DNA from: an uncultured Omnitrophica bacterium
GTDB lineage: Bacteria > Omnitrophota > Gorgyraeia > JACQQV01
Assembly (NCBI GenBank): GCA_947085655.1
Contig: CAMTXH010000009.1
Span: 3,738-67,737 of the forward strand
Direction: 5' to 3'
Length of the DNA stretch: 64,000 bases
Shown one piece after another: positions 28,031 through 38,200 of this stretch. The notes under the pieces were generated by a model. The model did no database searches. It was given only the letters and a program-made list of their open reading frames with translations, and was not told the DNA's origin. Positions within the stretch are counted from its first letter, which is position 1. The number at the start of each line of letters is the position of its first letter. Made by a program: the position numbers and the translations under genes.

Positions 28031-29634
28031 CAACCCTTGCGGCACCCTCCGAAAAGACATCCTGGAAATTCCTCCTCGGGTTTGTCATTCTCGCCCTCTT
28101 TTTCGCCTTTATCATTGACAAGGAAGTGACGTTCCCGACGCCGGTCCTTGTGGCAGGGGCCGGTCTTGCAGGCCTGGCCCTCTTTTTAAGTGCTTTTATC
28201 CGGCCGGAGATTCCGCTTTATGTTCTTCTTGTTTACATTCCGTTTAACCGGCTTCTCATCGGGGATTTCGGCGGAGCGATGACGGCCCTGAATGTGACAA
28301 ATATCCTTTGCATTATTGCGTTTCTGGCCTGCCTTTCCCCGTCGACGCAGGGAAGAAATTACCCGCCGGCCAGTTCCCTTCACATTCCCATTATCCTTTT
28401 TGCGGTTCTCGGGATGCTCAGCTTTGTCCGGGGAAGCTGGGAGTACGGCTCCTGGTATCTCTGGAACTTTATCAATCCGCTCAAGCGGTGGCTCACCCCC
28501 ATCCTTTTTTATGCCCTAGCGCTCTGTTTGATTCGGGACCGGAAGATTCTGAAGACTTCGGTCATCATCATCATGGTGACCGTGACCCTTGCCGGACTCA
28601 TGGCGATCAAGGACTATATCGACATCGGGCAGGTCGGTTCCATCGAAAAGGCCCGGGTCGGGGGTATTGCGGACCAGCCGAACATGCTTTCCGCCTTTTT
28701 CTGCTACTACATGTTCCTCACAGGCGGATTTTTCCTGATGAATTACCAAAAGCCGAAGTATTGGCTTCTCCTCATCCCGTTCCTCATCTGTTTTCGGGGG
28801 ATTCAGGTGACTTTCTCCCGGGGAGGATACCTCGCCTTTTTTGCGGGGGCCTTTGCCCTCGTTTTTTTCAGGAACAAAATCTTTTGCATCCTCGCGATTT
28901 TTCTCGCCGTCCTCGCTTTTTTAAACCCGGCCATCCTCCCCTCGGGGATTAATTACCGCCTCCTCTCCACCTTCCAGAACGTGGATGCACTGGATGAAGG
29001 GGACCTCACCAATGCCGCCTACGATGTCTATAAGGGAAAGGCCGAGATCCTTGACGGAAGCGCCCGGGGACGCCTTGAGATCTGGAAGGGAGCGGTCAAA
29101 ATGATCAGCGAGAATCCTCTCGGAACAGGATACGGCACCTTCACCGGGCTGATTCCTTATTACGCCCCGAAACTTCAGGGGGCCCGTATGGATGCGCACA
29201 ACAATTATCTCCTGGTGGCTGCGGAGATGGGGATCCCGGCGCTTTTGGTGATGCTTTGGGTCTTTGTGGCGGTGATGTTTAAGATCTACTGGCTTTACCG
29301 TCATGCGCGTGACCCCTTCCACAAGGCGGTGGCCCTCGGCTTTCTGGCCGGGATGTTCGGCCTTTTGATGTCGAATATGTTCGGTTCCCGGTTGGATTCG
29401 CAGGAAGTTTCGGGCTATTTTTGGGTTTTGAGCGCGGTGATTGTCCGGGCAATCGCCTTTGAGCGCTCCGATAAAACGCCTGCGACTGTGAAATCTGTCT
29501 CCGACGGAACCCGGGAAAAAAAAAGGCGCGGAAACGAATCGAACGGATTTGAGGTTTCTCAATCACTGACTCAAACGCTCCGGCGGTTCGACGAGATGAA
29601 ATATGGAGAAAACGAACGTCCTTTATCTGATTGA
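28027..29634 (+). CDS. Wzy/O-antigen-ligase-family membrane protein (EPS polymerase or ligase)
   Basis: ~12 TM helices; Wzy_C motif HNNYLLVAAEMGIPALL in a periplasmic loop. Confidence 0.75.
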   Translation: MTTLAAPSEKTSWKFLLGFVILALFFAFIIDKEVTFPTPVLVAGAGLAGLALFLSAFIRPEIPLYVLLVYIPFNRLLIGDFGGAMTALNVTNILCIIAFLACLSPSTQGRNYPPASSLHIPIILFAVLGMLSFVRGSWEYGSWYLWNFINPLKRWLTPILFYALALCLIRDRKILKTSVIIIMVTVTLAGLMAIKDYIDIGQVGSIEKARVGGIADQPNMLSAFFCYYMFLTGGFFLMNYQKPKYWLLLIPFLICFRGIQVTFSRGGYLAFFAGAFALVFFRNKIFCILAIFLAVLAFLNPAILPSGINYRLLSTFQNVDALDEGDLTNAAYDVYKGKAEILDGSARGRLEIWKGAVKMISENPLGTGYGTFTGLIPYYAPKLQGARMDAHNNYLLVAAEMGIPALLVMLWVFVAVMFKIYWLYRHARDPFHKAVALGFLAGMFGLLMSNMFGSRLDSQEVSGYFWVLSAVIVRAIAFERSDKTPATVKSVSDGTREKKRRGNESNGFEVSQSLTQTLRRFDEMKYGENERPLSD

Positions 29635-31927
29635 TAAACTTGAGGTGGCAGGTGCCCAGCGGCACCTTGCGGCACTCCTGAAGCGGATAGACCGCGGGCG
29701 CTTTTCGCCGCGGTTGGTCTGTCTCTCCCGGGAAGGGCACTTGACCGAGGAAATCCGTTCCCTGGATGTCCCGGTTACGGTTCTGGACGTGAAGCGAATT
29801 TACGACCTGACAGGAATTCGGGGTCTATTCCGGCTTGTCCGGATTTTGAAACGGGAGCGGATCGATGTCCTTCATGCGTACCTTTTCAGCGAAAACATTC
29901 TGGGTGCCCTTGCAGCGCGCCTGGCCGGAACCCGGATCGTCCTGACCAGCCGGAGGGACACGGGGAGACTCCGGGAAGGAAAACGGAGACACTTTCTCGC
30001 GTATCGACTCACGAATCGATGGGTTGACCGGGTTGTCTGCGTGAGCGACGCCGTGAAGAGGGTGGTTTTGGAAAAAGAGAAAGCCGCTCCGGAGAAAGTA
30101 ACGACCATTCCGAATGGCGCGGAAGGTGAACGGTCATTGGCGGAGTGCGAGAAATACCTTCAAAGGGACGCGTACGGTCTTTCGGAGAAAAACTTTCTTG
30201 TGACCCTCGTAGCCAACTTAAGCTGGATCAAAGGCCACCGCGTCTTTCTGGATGCGGCAAGCAGGGTGAAGGCACAAATGCCGGAAGCACGGTTTTGGGT
30301 CATCGGGGAAGGACCGCTCCGGAAAGCGTTGGAAGAAAGGGCTTCGGAACTCGGGTTGTCAAAGCATGTCCGGTTTTTCGGGCGGGTGGCCGATTCAAAG
30401 TCACTTCTCCGGCTTTCCGATGTTTCCGTCAACACTTCTTTTTCGGAAGGGATGTCCAATACCCTTTTGGAATCGATGGCGCTCGGGATTCCGGTTGTGG
30501 CGACCGGCGTGGATGGCAATCTGGAGACGGTGATAGATGAGGAAAGCGGGCTTCTTGTTCCGCCCGGCGATCCGGAGGCACTGGCAGAGACCATTCACCG
30601 TCTTGGAAACGATAAGAAACTGAGACAAAGAATCGGAGAGGCGGGCCGGGTCCGAATTAAGACCGTCTTGAGTCTCGACCGAATGATCCGCTCGGTGGAG
30701 CAATTGTACGGCACGCTCCTTTCACCGAAAGTGCAGTTTATCTTTTCAAAATTCCCCTGCTATGACGAAACGTTTATTCTACGGGAGATGAGGGAATTGA
30801 AAAAGCAGGGGCTTGGTCTTTCCATCCTTTCCCTTAAAAGGGGGAAAGACCCTGTTGTTCACGGCGATGCGACCTTCCTCGTGGAGGAGACTTTTTATCT
30901 TCCGTTTCTCTCATGGGGGACTATGGCGGCGACAGTTGGGATGTTTTTCACGAAGCCCCTCCGGTTTGTTTCAACACTCGGTCTTTTGATTGCGAAACAG
31001 TGGCGGGATCCCGAGTTTCTCATCAAAAGTATCGCCATTTTTCCGAAGTCGGTCGCCCTGGCCGGGAGTCTTCGAAAAAGGAATATCCGCCATCTTCACG
31101 CGGAATGGGCGACACACCCGGCCACGAGTGCCTGGGTCGCCTCCCGGTTTTCCGGGATCCCCTACAGTTTCACGGGGCATGCTCATGATATCTATCTGAA
31201 AAAGACCTTTCTTCCGGAGAAATTAGAGGCGGCCTCCTTTGTGACGACCTGTACCCGGGATAACAAGCGTTATCTGGCCGCTTTGAAGCCGGAGATCTCT
31301 CCCTCCAAAATACATGTCTGTTACCATGGAGTGGATCTGGAGCGTTTCAGACGGAACGGGAACGCCGTGAACGGAAAAATCCTCCTTCTTTCGGTCGGCT
31401 CGCTTCTGGCATGCAAGGGATTTGAGGATTTGATCGAGGCCTGTTTGTATCTGAAAAGGGAAGGGTTCTCTTTTGAATGTCTGGTGATCGGCGGCGGTCC
31501 TCAGGAAGCGGCCCTCCGGAGAAAAGTGGCCCGGCTTGACCTGACCGATTCGGTCCGGCTACTCGGATATATGAAGCAAGAAGAGCTGGTCCCTTATTAC
31601 AAGCGGGCAGACCTTTTTGCCCTGCCGGCCCGGCTGGACCGGCACTGGGGAATTCCGAATGTCCTTTTGGAAGCAATGGCGGCAGAAGTGCCGGTCCTGT
31701 GCACCCCCCTTCCTTCCATTCCGGAGTTGATTCAAGATCAGGTGAACGGTCTTTTGGTTCCGGAAAGGGATCCGAAGAAACTCAGCGAGGCGATAAGCCG
31801 ACTGATCCGGAATGAGTCCCTCCGGAGAAAAATGGGGGAGGCGGCCTTCCGGACCGTCTCGGAGCATTTTGACGCCGTCAAGAACGGCTCAACTCTTCTT
31901 CGGCTCTTTGAGGAAAAAATCCGATGA
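29603..31927 (+). CDS. tandem GT4-GT4 fusion glycosyltransferase (second module resembles PEP-CTERM/EpsH-system 'stp' sugar transferases)
   Basis: Module 1 ends ...EGMSNTLLESMALGIPVVATGVDG; module 2 starts VQFIFSKFPCYDETFILREM and ends ...LLEAMAAEVPVLCTPLPSIPEL. Confidence 0.75.
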   Translation: MEKTNVLYLIDKLEVAGAQRHLAALLKRIDRGRFSPRLVCLSREGHLTEEIRSLDVPVTVLDVKRIYDLTGIRGLFRLVRILKRERIDVLHAYLFSENILGALAARLAGTRIVLTSRRDTGRLREGKRRHFLAYRLTNRWVDRVVCVSDAVKRVVLEKEKAAPEKVTTIPNGAEGERSLAECEKYLQRDAYGLSEKNFLVTLVANLSWIKGHRVFLDAASRVKAQMPEARFWVIGEGPLRKALEERASELGLSKHVRFFGRVADSKSLLRLSDVSVNTSFSEGMSNTLLESMALGIPVVATGVDGNLETVIDEESGLLVPPGDPEALAETIHRLGNDKKLRQRIGEAGRVRIKTVLSLDRMIRSVEQLYGTLLSPKVQFIFSKFPCYDETFILREMRELKKQGLGLSILSLKRGKDPVVHGDATFLVEETFYLPFLSWGTMAATVGMFFTKPLRFVSTLGLLIAKQWRDPEFLIKSIAIFPKSVALAGSLRKRNIRHLHAEWATHPATSAWVASRFSGIPYSFTGHAHDIYLKKTFLPEKLEAASFVTTCTRDNKRYLAALKPEISPSKIHVCYHGVDLERFRRNGNAVNGKILLLSVGSLLACKGFEDLIEACLYLKREGFSFECLVIGGGPQEAALRRKVARLDLTDSVRLLGYMKQEELVPYYKRADLFALPARLDRHWGIPNVLLEAMAAEVPVLCTPLPSIPELIQDQVNGLLVPERDPKKLSEAISRLIRNESLRRKMGEAAFRTVSEHFDAVKNGSTLLRLFEEKIR

Positions 31928-33822
31928 GACGATTTTTGAGGGAACTGATCAGCACCGGACTTTATCTTTTCCTTCGGGAAGATCGGGAAGGAGAACTCCG
32001 CGTCTTGACCTATCATCGAGTCAACCGGACTTCACCCAAGGACCGTCTCTCAGTCCATACAGATTCTTTCCGGAAACAGATGCTGTATCTGGCAAGGAAG
32101 GGCTACCACACACTGACGGCGGAGGATCTTTCGGAGATTCTCCGGCAAAAAAGACCGATCCCCCGAAGATCTATTCTCATTACCTTTGACGACGGCTATC
32201 GCGACAATTTTACGGATGCCTATCCGGTCCTCCGTGAGTTCGGCTTCAAGGCGACGGTTTTTGTGGCGACGGAGCTGGTCGGAAAAACACACGACGGACA
32301 TCCGATGCTCCGCTGGAATGAAATTCAGGAAATGACCACAGGCGGAATCTCCCTCGGGAGTCATACCGCCCGTCATGTTTATCTGAACGAGGTTTCCCCG
32401 GAAACCGGACGCCGGGAACTTGAAGATTCCAAACGACTCCTCGAGACAAAGCTCGGGCAAAACGTTCGCTCCTTCTGTTATCCCTTCGGGGATCTGGATG
32501 GGGAGTCGGTCGCTTGGGTGAAGGGGGCAGGATATGATATTGCATTTACAACGCGGCCGGGTCCGGTCCAACAAAGCACGGATCCTTTTTGGGTGAGCCG
32601 GACGGAGGTGAGCGGTTTCGACACCCTTTTTGATTTCAGGAAAAAACTGGCCGGCGCCTTTGACTGGCTTCACCGGTTTGTCCAAAGGAAAAAAAAGAGG
32701 GAACGGAAAATAGGACCGATCCCGGTTCTTTACGTCATCTGGTCTCTCGGCCTTGGAGGAGCGGAACAGGTGGTGTTGACACTCGCCAAGGGGCTGGACC
32801 GGAGGCGCTTCAAGCCGCTCGTCGCCTGTTTAAACGAACCGGGACGCTATGCCGGGGTCCTCGAACGGGAAGGGATTCGCGTTATTTCCCTTCACAAAAA
32901 GGGAAAGTTCGATTTTTCGATTATTCCGAAACTCATCCGGCTGATCCGGGAAGAAAAAATTCAGATTGTGCATACGCATCTTTGGGGAGGGAACGTCTGG
33001 GGAAGGATCGCGGCCTTCATCGCCCGGGTCCCGGTTTCGATTGCAACCGAACATGGGATTCAGGAATGGCGGGGGGCTCTTCACCGGTTGATCGACCGGG
33101 TCCTTGCGAAAGTCTCCAACCGGGTTCTTTTTGTGGCAGAGTCGGTCAAAGAAGATTTTTGCCGGATGACCGGGGTGAGTCCGCAGAAGTGCTTTGTGAT
33201 TCCAAACGGCGTCGACCTTGAGCGCTTTTCGCCTGCCCAAGATCCAAAAGCCCTCCGAAAAAGACTCGGACTCCCGGCGGAGGGGAAAATCGCCTTGAGC
33301 ATCGGGAGACTTTCACCGGAGAAGAAATTTGACCTTCTGATTTCTGCCCTTCGGAGCCGTCTTCTTGAGGGCGAGTTGCATCTTGTCATTATCGGAAGCG
33401 GCCGGGAAGAGAAAAACCTTTTGGCCTTAAAGGAGAGATTCGGTTTGGATGGGAGAGTACAACTGTTTAGCGAACAGGGGGAGCTCGAGCCGTTTTACGG
33501 CGCGGCCGACTGCTTTATCCAATTTTCCTCTCGGGAAGCATTGTCCCTCGCGCTCCTTGAGGCGATGGCATCAGGACTTCCGGTGATTGCTTCGGCGGTG
33601 GGAGACCACCCGAAGGTGATCCGGGACGGGGTAGACGGTTTTCTGGTTCCCGCAGGCGATACAGGGGAATTGCTTCGGAAACTACGGATTCTTTTTGAGG
33701 ACTCTAAAGCGGGAGTCTGGATCGGGCAGAAAGCGCGGGAGACGGTTCGCTTGCGTTATTCGAAAGAGCGGATGATCCGGGAGACGGAAAATCTTTATGA
33801 GGAATTGATGCGACATGATTAA
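31924..33822 (+). CDS. NodB polysaccharide deacetylase / GT4 glycosyltransferase fusion
   Basis: N-terminal NodB motifs (LTYHRV, ITFDDGYRDNF, GSHTARH); C-terminal GT4 (VLYVIWSLGLGGAEQVV...ALSLALLEAMASGLPVIAS). Confidence 0.75.
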   Translation: MRRFLRELISTGLYLFLREDREGELRVLTYHRVNRTSPKDRLSVHTDSFRKQMLYLARKGYHTLTAEDLSEILRQKRPIPRRSILITFDDGYRDNFTDAYPVLREFGFKATVFVATELVGKTHDGHPMLRWNEIQEMTTGGISLGSHTARHVYLNEVSPETGRRELEDSKRLLETKLGQNVRSFCYPFGDLDGESVAWVKGAGYDIAFTTRPGPVQQSTDPFWVSRTEVSGFDTLFDFRKKLAGAFDWLHRFVQRKKKRERKIGPIPVLYVIWSLGLGGAEQVVLTLAKGLDRRRFKPLVACLNEPGRYAGVLEREGIRVISLHKKGKFDFSIIPKLIRLIREEKIQIVHTHLWGGNVWGRIAAFIARVPVSIATEHGIQEWRGALHRLIDRVLAKVSNRVLFVAESVKEDFCRMTGVSPQKCFVIPNGVDLERFSPAQDPKALRKRLGLPAEGKIALSIGRLSPEKKFDLLISALRSRLLEGELHLVIIGSGREEKNLLALKERFGLDGRVQLFSEQGELEPFYGAADCFIQFSSREALSLALLEAMASGLPVIASAVGDHPKVIRDGVDGFLVPAGDTGELLRKLRILFEDSKAGVWIGQKARETVRLRYSKERMIRETENLYEELMRHD

Positions 33823-35236
33823 GAAAATTTTGATTTTTATTCTGCTTGCGGCGGTCCTTGCAGGGGGTGCGATCGGATGGAAAGTCTATGAAACGCGCCC
33901 CTGGCTTCCCGCGCTTCTCCTTCACCAGCTCTTTCAAAAAGAGCCGGCGGGCGAGGCAAAGGGCCCCGTGGACATCATCTTTGTTTTTGCGGACCATTAT
34001 GAACCGCATCATATCGCGGCGGCCGAGCGGTGGGAGAAGATATACCGCCGGCTGGCAAGCCGTCACCGGGATGCGGACGGGAAGATGCCCCAGCACACCT
34101 TTTTCTGGTACTGGTCGGATGAGGGGGACCAGAAGGGCATCGAGTATCTCAAACGGCTTGCGCATCTTTCGTACGACGGCTATGGAGAGGTAGAGCTCCA
34201 CCTCCATCATGACGATGATACCGAAGAGACGGTGAGAGTGGATTTGGAGCGGCGGATACAACTTTCCCAGAAGACCGGCGCGTTTCTCACGGCAGAGGAA
34301 GAGCCAAAGACCGCCTATGCTTTTATTCATGGCATGTGGGCGCTCGACAACTCCCGGGACGGACGTTACTGCGGAGTGAACAAAGAACTGGAGGTCCTTC
34401 GGGAAAGCGGTTGTTACGCCGATTTTACCCATTCCTCCTGGGGAACCATGAACCCGAGAATAGCGAATTCCCTCTATTATGCCAAGGATGACTCAAATCC
34501 GAAGTCCTATGATAGGGGACGAAAAGTGGAAGTGGGCGGAGAGCCGTGGGGAGATCTTTTGATTTTCATGGGGCCCAGTGTCCTTTCTTTTGAGAACGGC
34601 CGATTCTATTACGACCATGGGGATGTGACCCTGGAGGAACTTCCGACTCCCGACCGGATCCGCCGCTGGGTCCGCACAGCCATTCATGTTCAGGGGAGGC
34701 CCGAATGGGTTTTTGTGAAGGTCTTCACCCACGGAACCATCGCCCGGGATCATGAAGCGCTTCTCGGGAAGTGGGCAGAGCGGATGTATCAAACCCTCGA
34801 GACCCATTATAACGACGGAAAGCGGTACCGGCTCCACTATGCCTCCTCACGGGAGGCCTACAATATCCTGAAGGCGGCGGAGGCGGGACATTCCGGAAAT
34901 CCGAATGACTTCCGGGATTTTGTGATTGTTCCCTACGCGAACCAGAAAATTCTCGCCTCGATCCCCTATCAGCTTGTGACCTATTCTCCGGAGCGTGTGG
35001 AACTGATTCCGGCGGGCGGGGAGGGAAACTTCCGGTTTAAAGAAGGTTCGGTGGAGGAGGTTCAGGGGGACTTCTCGCGAATCGTGATTGTGAATCCCTT
35101 TGAGGCGGAGCCGGACCTCCGGTTCGAGGGAGGAGGAACCGCGTGGGTCAAACTCCGGGACCGGACAGAGCCGTTTCAGGTGGTACTGGAAGAAGGAGCG
35201 GAAAAGACGGTAAGAGTTGAGGGGAGCCAGCCGTGA
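33815..35236 (+). CDS. membrane-anchored hypothetical protein, His-rich, possibly a metal-dependent carbohydrate-active domain
   Basis: N-terminal TM (ILIFILLAAVLAGGAIGW) then soluble domain with FADHYEPHH / LHLHHDDD clusters; family not assignable by eye. Confidence 0.45.
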   Translation: MIKKILIFILLAAVLAGGAIGWKVYETRPWLPALLLHQLFQKEPAGEAKGPVDIIFVFADHYEPHHIAAAERWEKIYRRLASRHRDADGKMPQHTFFWYWSDEGDQKGIEYLKRLAHLSYDGYGEVELHLHHDDDTEETVRVDLERRIQLSQKTGAFLTAEEEPKTAYAFIHGMWALDNSRDGRYCGVNKELEVLRESGCYADFTHSSWGTMNPRIANSLYYAKDDSNPKSYDRGRKVEVGGEPWGDLLIFMGPSVLSFENGRFYYDHGDVTLEELPTPDRIRRWVRTAIHVQGRPEWVFVKVFTHGTIARDHEALLGKWAERMYQTLETHYNDGKRYRLHYASSREAYNILKAAEAGHSGNPNDFRDFVIVPYANQKILASIPYQLVTYSPERVELIPAGGEGNFRFKEGSVEEVQGDFSRIVIVNPFEAEPDLRFEGGGTAWVKLRDRTEPFQVVLEEGAEKTVRVEGSQP

Positions 35237-38200
35237 AGAAGTGGTTTGGGCTTGTCATTCTTGTTGTGCTTTTGATCGGGTTGGGACTCCGCAGCCCTTT
35301 TTTCAAAAAGGGAAAAGAGTTGCCGGAATTCGGGAGGACCGCCGGTGAATTTGTTCTGGGAGACTTTGAGTCTGAAGAGGCGCTGAAGAATTGGGAGGCG
35401 AAAGGGGTCTTGGTTTTTCTCACCGAACAATATGCGGTCCGGGGGAGACACTCGGCGAGTCTTAACTATTCGGACGATGGAAATCCGGTCTTTGCCCTGG
35501 AACAGTATTTCCGGACGCATGAACAGGCGCGGGACTGGCGGCCGTATGAGGAGCTTCTTTTTACCGTTTTCAATCCCGGCCAGACAAAGGAGCGGATCGG
35601 GCTCCAGGTCAAGGACGGCTCATCCCGCCGGTATAAGGAAGATATTGTCATTCCGGCCAATAGCGCCCTCTCCCACCGTCTTCCGATGAAAAAGATCGCC
35701 CCCTTTGTCGATTTGAGGGATATCGCCCAGTTGAATTTTTTCCGTTGGGATCCGAAAAAGACGGCCGTCTTTTTCCTGGACGACGTCCGGCTGATCCCGC
35801 AACCGCAAGAAGCACCGAAGAAGGAAGGAAAAACGACGGAGGCATTTTCCTTTGACGGCTCCATCCGTCCCACCTCTCCGAATGCGGTGAGCGGACAGCT
35901 CTTTCACCGCTATGCGGAAAAATGGGAGGTGACCGAGAACGGAGAAACATTTCTCCGCATTCCCCTCCGCGTGGCGCAGGATCAGTCTTTTCTCTTTGAG
36001 GGGACGCCGGTTTCGGGAGGGATCCCTTTTCCTTACGGTCTTCTGAAAGCCACCACGTCCTTTAAATTACGGACTGCGGGGGGGACGGAACTTCCGATTC
36101 AAATCCGTCCCCTTGCTTTTTGGGAGGACGGCTCCGTCAAATGGCTCCACGTGAATACCGAAGGGACCGCCAGGGCGGCCGATCAGGGACTTTTTTTCGA
36201 GATTCACAAATCCCCGCCGTCAAAGCCCAACGAGACGCCCCTAAAGGTGACGCAGGATTCCGGTCAAATGACCGTCGTGACCGGTCCCCTGAAATTTTCC
36301 GTGAATAAGGCGAAGTTTACGCTCCTGGAGGAAGTCTTTCTCGACCGGAACGGCGACGGACAATTTTCGCCGGAGGAAAAGGTTGCCCAGGGAGGGGACC
36401 TTTTTATCCGCCATCGGGATGAAATGTTCCGCTCTTCCCTCAGCCGTCATTACACATTGGCGGTGGAGGAGATCGGCCCCCTCCGGGTGACGCTCAAGGC
36501 AAGCGGCTGGTTCACCAACGAATCCGGAAGACCCTTTTGCCAGTACGAGGTGCGGATCCAGGCCTTTTCCGGGAAAAGCGACATTCGCCTTTTCCATACA
36601 TTGATTTACACCGGTTATCCGGCAAACCGCTATCACCACGAATACGAGAATGTCAAACTGCCGGAGAATGAAACGATTGAGGAAATCGGGATCGAACAGT
36701 TTATTTCCGAAAAGGGAATCGGACGCTATCAAGTGGGACTCCCGGAGAAGGCATTGACCGGAACATTCCAGAAACCATTGGTTCTTTCGCAACTCAAGGC
36801 CGACGGCTTTCAGTTGAATCAGGGTGAAAAGACCCTTCATCAGGGGGAGAAGGCACTCGGGTGGTTGCATGCCGCTTCAGAGTCGTTTGGGGTGACGGTG
36901 AACGTCCGCGATTTCTGGCAGCAGTACCCGAAGGAAATTCATCTGGATCCGGCAGGGAAACTCACCGTTTCCCTTTGGCCCCGTTCCGCAGGGGTCTTGA
37001 ATCTTGAAACAGGGCCGGCCGCCGAGGGTCCTGATGCGGTGGCGCGCGGTTCTGCGTTCGGGCTGGCCAAAACCCATGAATTGACCTTTTCCTACCATCC
37101 CGGATGGGTGGATCCGCAGACTCTCCATCCGAAACTTTCGCTTTGGCAGCACCCTCCCCTCCTTCACTCCAGTCCGGAGTGGGTCTATGCCACCTACGCC
37201 CTTGGCTCTATCGGTCCCTACTCCCCTTTATTAGAGGAAGAGGAATTGTTGAAACGCCTTTTTGACTGGGCGGCGCGGCAGCCGGAGCGGTTCGGCTGGT
37301 ATGGGATGCTCGATTACGGAGACACCCTTTTCTGGTACCGGAAAGAGGGCTATGACAAATCTTATCCGGACTGGGGATGGCATCCGGAGGGGCGCTGGGG
37401 CTGGTTTAACTGTGAAGGGGTCGGGACCCATACCGGAGCTCTTTTTCAATTCATCCGGACCGGAGATTACCGGTATTTTGCATTCGGCGAGGCCTCCGCC
37501 CGGCACATCATGGATGTGGATACGATTCACTATGATACGGTGGCGAACGACCCGCGGCTTCGGGAAAAAATCATCGGGGATCACAGCCGCGTGGGGGCGA
37601 TGCACCGTCATAATGCCAATCACTGGGGAGGGCGTGCGGACGAGGCCTCCCACACCCATCCTTTCGGATTCCTTCTCTATTATTATCTGACCGGCAACGA
37701 ACGGGCGCTCGAGGTGGCAAAAGAGGTCGGGAGCTACTTTTTGGGACGGCCGATTACCTATACCCGTCATCCGGACATCGCTCCGCAGCGGGCCATCGCC
37801 AATGTCCTTTGGGGGGATGTTCTTCTCTATGAAGCGACGCGAAAGGAACGTTTTAAAAAGGAGGCGGACCATTGGGCGGCTCTCTTTGTGAACGGCCAGA
37901 GGGAGGACGGCGGTTGGGGGGAGAATTACAATCCGCAGCTCGGGACGTGGGATCACGAGGCGGGGATGCGTTTCATGATATTTCATACACTGCCTGCGTT
38001 GATTGCCTATCACCGTCTGACCGGAAGTCCCGAGGTGGAACAAGCGATCATCAAGGGGACGGAACACCTCATGGCACACGAAGACTATCTCCCTTTTTTT
38101 GATTCATTGGCGTACGCCTATGAATTGACCGGAGAGGTTCGGTATCTCGATGAGGCCCGCCGGCGCCTCTCCGAACAGGTTGCCGCGCAGGATAGAAGCG

